Shown one piece after another: positions 30,096 to 32,000 of a stretch of DNA of 32,000 nucleotides. Each line of letters starts with the position of its first letter. Position 1 is the stretch's first letter. Source of the stretch: Egibacteraceae bacterium. Its GTDB lineage: Bacteria > Actinomycetota > Nitriliruptoria > Euzebyales > Egibacteraceae. The position numbers and the translations under genes are program-made. Location of the stretch: assembly GCA_040905805.1 (NCBI GenBank), contig JBBDQS010000048.1, positions 1-32,000 on the forward strand, written 5' to 3'. The notes under the pieces were generated by a model. That model was not told the origin of the DNA. It saw only the letters and a list, made by a program, of their open reading frames with translations, and searched no databases.

Positions 30096-31424
30096 TCACT
30101 CCTCGACGATCAATGCGGTGACCATCCCGAACATCCCGTCGGGGCCTTCGGCGTGGGTCAGGATGTGGCAGTGCCAGGCCCAGCTGCCGGGCTCGGTCGC
30201 GTCCACGATGACGTCCACCCGGTCCCCGGGTGACACGAGGATGTTGTCGGCGGTGTACGGCGCGTCGAGCGGATAGCCGTCCTTGGCGACGACGCGCTGG
30301 GGCATGCCGTGCAGGTGCATCGGGTGGATCTCGAGTCCCTCGTTCATGTAGCGCACCCGCACCCGTTGGCCCCGCTCGACCACCACCGGCTCCGTGGCCG
30401 GGAAGCCCTTGCCGTTCAGGGTGTACCCGAGGGGCCCGTCGTTCAGGATCATCACGTAGTCGACATCGACCTCGGGGTCGTCGGGGTCGTGGACGATCAA
30501 GGCGCCGAGCAACCCGGATGGCACCTGGCGGGCCGAGTCGAAGTGCGAGTGGTACATGTGCGAGCCGGCGTTGCGGGCGGTGAACTCGTAGGTGAACGAG
30601 TCGCCGGGCAGGACCGAGTCCTGGGTGAGGCCGGGCACCCCGTCCATCTCGTTGGGCAGGACCAGCCCGTGCAGGTGCAGGGAGGTCGGCACCGTCATCT
30701 CGTTGTGCAGCACGATGCGCACGTCGTCGCCGAGGTCGATGTCGAGGCGCGGTCCGGGGACCTGGCCGTTGAACGCCATGCCGGCCTTCGTGACGCCGGG
30801 CTCGGTCTCCCACTCGATCTCCTCGGCGGTCAGGTCGAACACCAGCGTGCCGTCGTCGTCCACCTCGGGCTCCAGCGGCTGGTTGCCGCGGCCCTCGGTG
30901 TCGGCCGGAAAGGCCGACAGGTCGTCGTGCTTGGCGGCCATCTCCTCGGCGGTCATCTCCTCGGCGGTCGCGCCGTGCGCCTCGTGCGCCTCGGGGCTGC
31001 CTGGGTCCCCGTCGTCGGCCACGGTGAGCGTGGCGTGCATCCCCGCGCCCTCGTGGCCGGCGACGGTGCACAGGACCGCGTAGTCCCCGGCCGCAAGCGG
31101 CCCGGTCTCCAGCGTCGCGGTCTCCCCGGACTGCAGCAGGGGCGTCTCCCCCACCCCGTCGATCGCGAAGTCGTGGGGCACCCCTCCCTCGTTGGTGACC
31201 TCCACGACCAGCGGGACGCCCGCGGGGGCGGTCAGCGTCTCAGGCTCGATGGCGAACTCCGTGAGGGTGACCGCCAGGGCCGCCGGCGCGTCCCCTTCCG
31301 CCGGCGGACTCGCGGAGTCCGCATAGCCGCCGGTGAACAGCAGCCAGACCGTGACGGTGAGCACCAGCGTCAGCACCCCGGCGATCGCTGCCCACACCCT
31401 GGCGAATCCGCTGACACCGCTCAT
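30096..31424 (-). CDS. Membrane-anchored cupredoxin domain fused to a two-domain multicopper oxidase (SLAC-like)
   Basis: ATG 31424 lies inside track ORF 30096..31712, with GAAGGGGTGG upstream and the TM anchor 'VWAAIAGVLTLVLTVTVWLLF'. Cupredoxin T1 site: 'PHDF...CTVAGHEGAGM'. MCO motifs: 'HLHGL', 'MYHSHFD', 'HPMHLHG', 'WHCHILTHAEGPDGMFGM'. Confidence 0.85.
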   Translation of the reverse strand: MSGVSGFARVWAAIAGVLTLVLTVTVWLLFTGGYADSASPPAEGDAPAALAVTLTEFAIEPETLTAPAGVPLVVEVTNEGGVPHDFAIDGVGETPLLQSGETATLETGPLAAGDYAVLCTVAGHEGAGMHATLTVADDGDPGSPEAHEAHGATAEEMTAEEMAAKHDDLSAFPADTEGRGNQPLEPEVDDDGTLVFDLTAEEIEWETEPGVTKAGMAFNGQVPGPRLDIDLGDDVRIVLHNEMTVPTSLHLHGLVLPNEMDGVPGLTQDSVLPGDSFTYEFTARNAGSHMYHSHFDSARQVPSGLLGALIVHDPDDPEVDVDYVMILNDGPLGYTLNGKGFPATEPVVVERGQRVRVRYMNEGLEIHPMHLHGMPQRVVAKDGYPLDAPYTADNILVSPGDRVDVIVDATEPGSWAWHCHILTHAEGPDGMFGMVTALIVEE

Positions 31425-31662
31425 GTCCACCCCTTCGTCGTCGGGCATGGCCCGTGGCCTGCCCGCCATGCGTCCCAGAATCCCGCGCCGCGCTCGGGCG
31501 CGAGAAGGCCGCCGGACCCGGTGCGGAAGGGACCTTCGGCCACCCCGGCCAGGGTCCTTCGGCAGCACCTCGACCGGCCCGGTGGGCGCTAGGCTCTCCC
31601 GTGCGGGCCGCCCTGCGACGCGTCGGCCCGACGACACGACCACGCAACGGAAAGGGCTTGCG

Positions 31663-32000
31663 GTGATCCGGGTGATGCTGGTCGACGACCACGAGGTGGT
31701 CCGCACGGGCATCCGGGCTTTGATCGAGTCCCACGAGGACCTGACGGTCGTCGCCGAGGCCGCGAGCGCCGACGAGGCCGTCCTGCGGGCCCGCAGCTAC
31801 GCCCCCGACGTGGTGGTGATGGACGTGCGCCTGCCCGACCGCTCCGGCGTGTTGGCGTGCCGGGACATCCGCGCCGAGCATCCCGAGATCGCGGTGCTCA
31901 TGCTCACCAGCTTCTCCGACGACCAGGCCCTGTTCGACTCGATCATGGCCGGTGCCGCCGGCTACATCCTGAAGCAGATCCGTGGCAGCGACCTCGTCGA
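31663..32000 (+). CDS. NarL/LuxR-family response regulator, receiver domain (3' end outside the window)
   Basis: GTG 31663 (or ATG 31675) follows GGAAAGGG. My own translation gives 'VIRVMLVDDHEVVRTGIRALIE...PDVVVMDVRLPDRSG...VLMLTSFSDD...ILKQ'. It is not in the ORF track because no stop falls before 32000. Confidence 0.8.
   Translation, partial: MIRVMLVDDHEVVRTGIRALIESHEDLTVVAEAASADEAVLRARSYAPDVVVMDVRLPDRSGVLACRDIRAEHPEIAVLMLTSFSDDQALFDSIMAGAAGYILKQIRGSDLV

Noticed and set aside
1-32000. Mobile elements, integrases, tRNA/rRNA genes, CRISPR arrays and toxin-antitoxin pairs.
   Set aside because: I saw no transposase or integrase motifs, no terminal inverted repeats flanking a block, no regularly spaced repeat arrays and no tRNA-like cloverleaf candidates. 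The only repeats found are the ones reported above.

Overview
This is a very GC-rich, densely coding window with actinobacterial-style codon usage and about 30 genes. I see no rRNA, tRNA, CRISPR array or transposase. The many long Arg/Gly/Pro-rich antisense ORFs in the track are high-GC artefacts. The genes fall into three blocks. (1) 425-13927 is a translationally coupled plus-strand operon for a type II FAS-like / highly reducing type II PKS. It encodes a ketoreductase, a long ACP, AcpS, two hot-dog dehydratase-like proteins, a discrete KS, a discrete Cys-less KS partner and a fused KS::dead-KS protein, with no enoyl reductase. Tailoring genes follow: a CrtI-like flavoenzyme, two SnoaL-like proteins, an F420-type reductase, a DUF1772 membrane protein, and an FAD monooxygenase plus a decayed copy. 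A convergent KASIII-like gene lacking the Cys-His-Asn triad closes the block. (2) 14112-26084 starts with a Cys-less redoxin-fold gene and a decayed flavin-halogenase-like pseudogene, then becomes a cyclic-nucleotide-themed island. The island has two tandem metallophosphoesterases, a stand-alone cNMP-binding protein, a flavin reductase and a PNPOx-like::cNMP-binding fusion. It also has two different exporters (an ABC-2 half-transporter and an MMPL/RND protein) that carry the same N-terminal cNMP-binding + FHA module. I consider this arrangement the most likely undescribed system in the window. (3) 26238-31424 is a minus-strand operon encoding a cupredoxin::two-domain multicopper oxidase, a polytopic His-motif membrane protein, D-lactate dehydrogenase and lactate permease. 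The 5' part of a NarL-type response regulator then runs off the window end. All domain calls come from reading motifs by eye; no searches were run.
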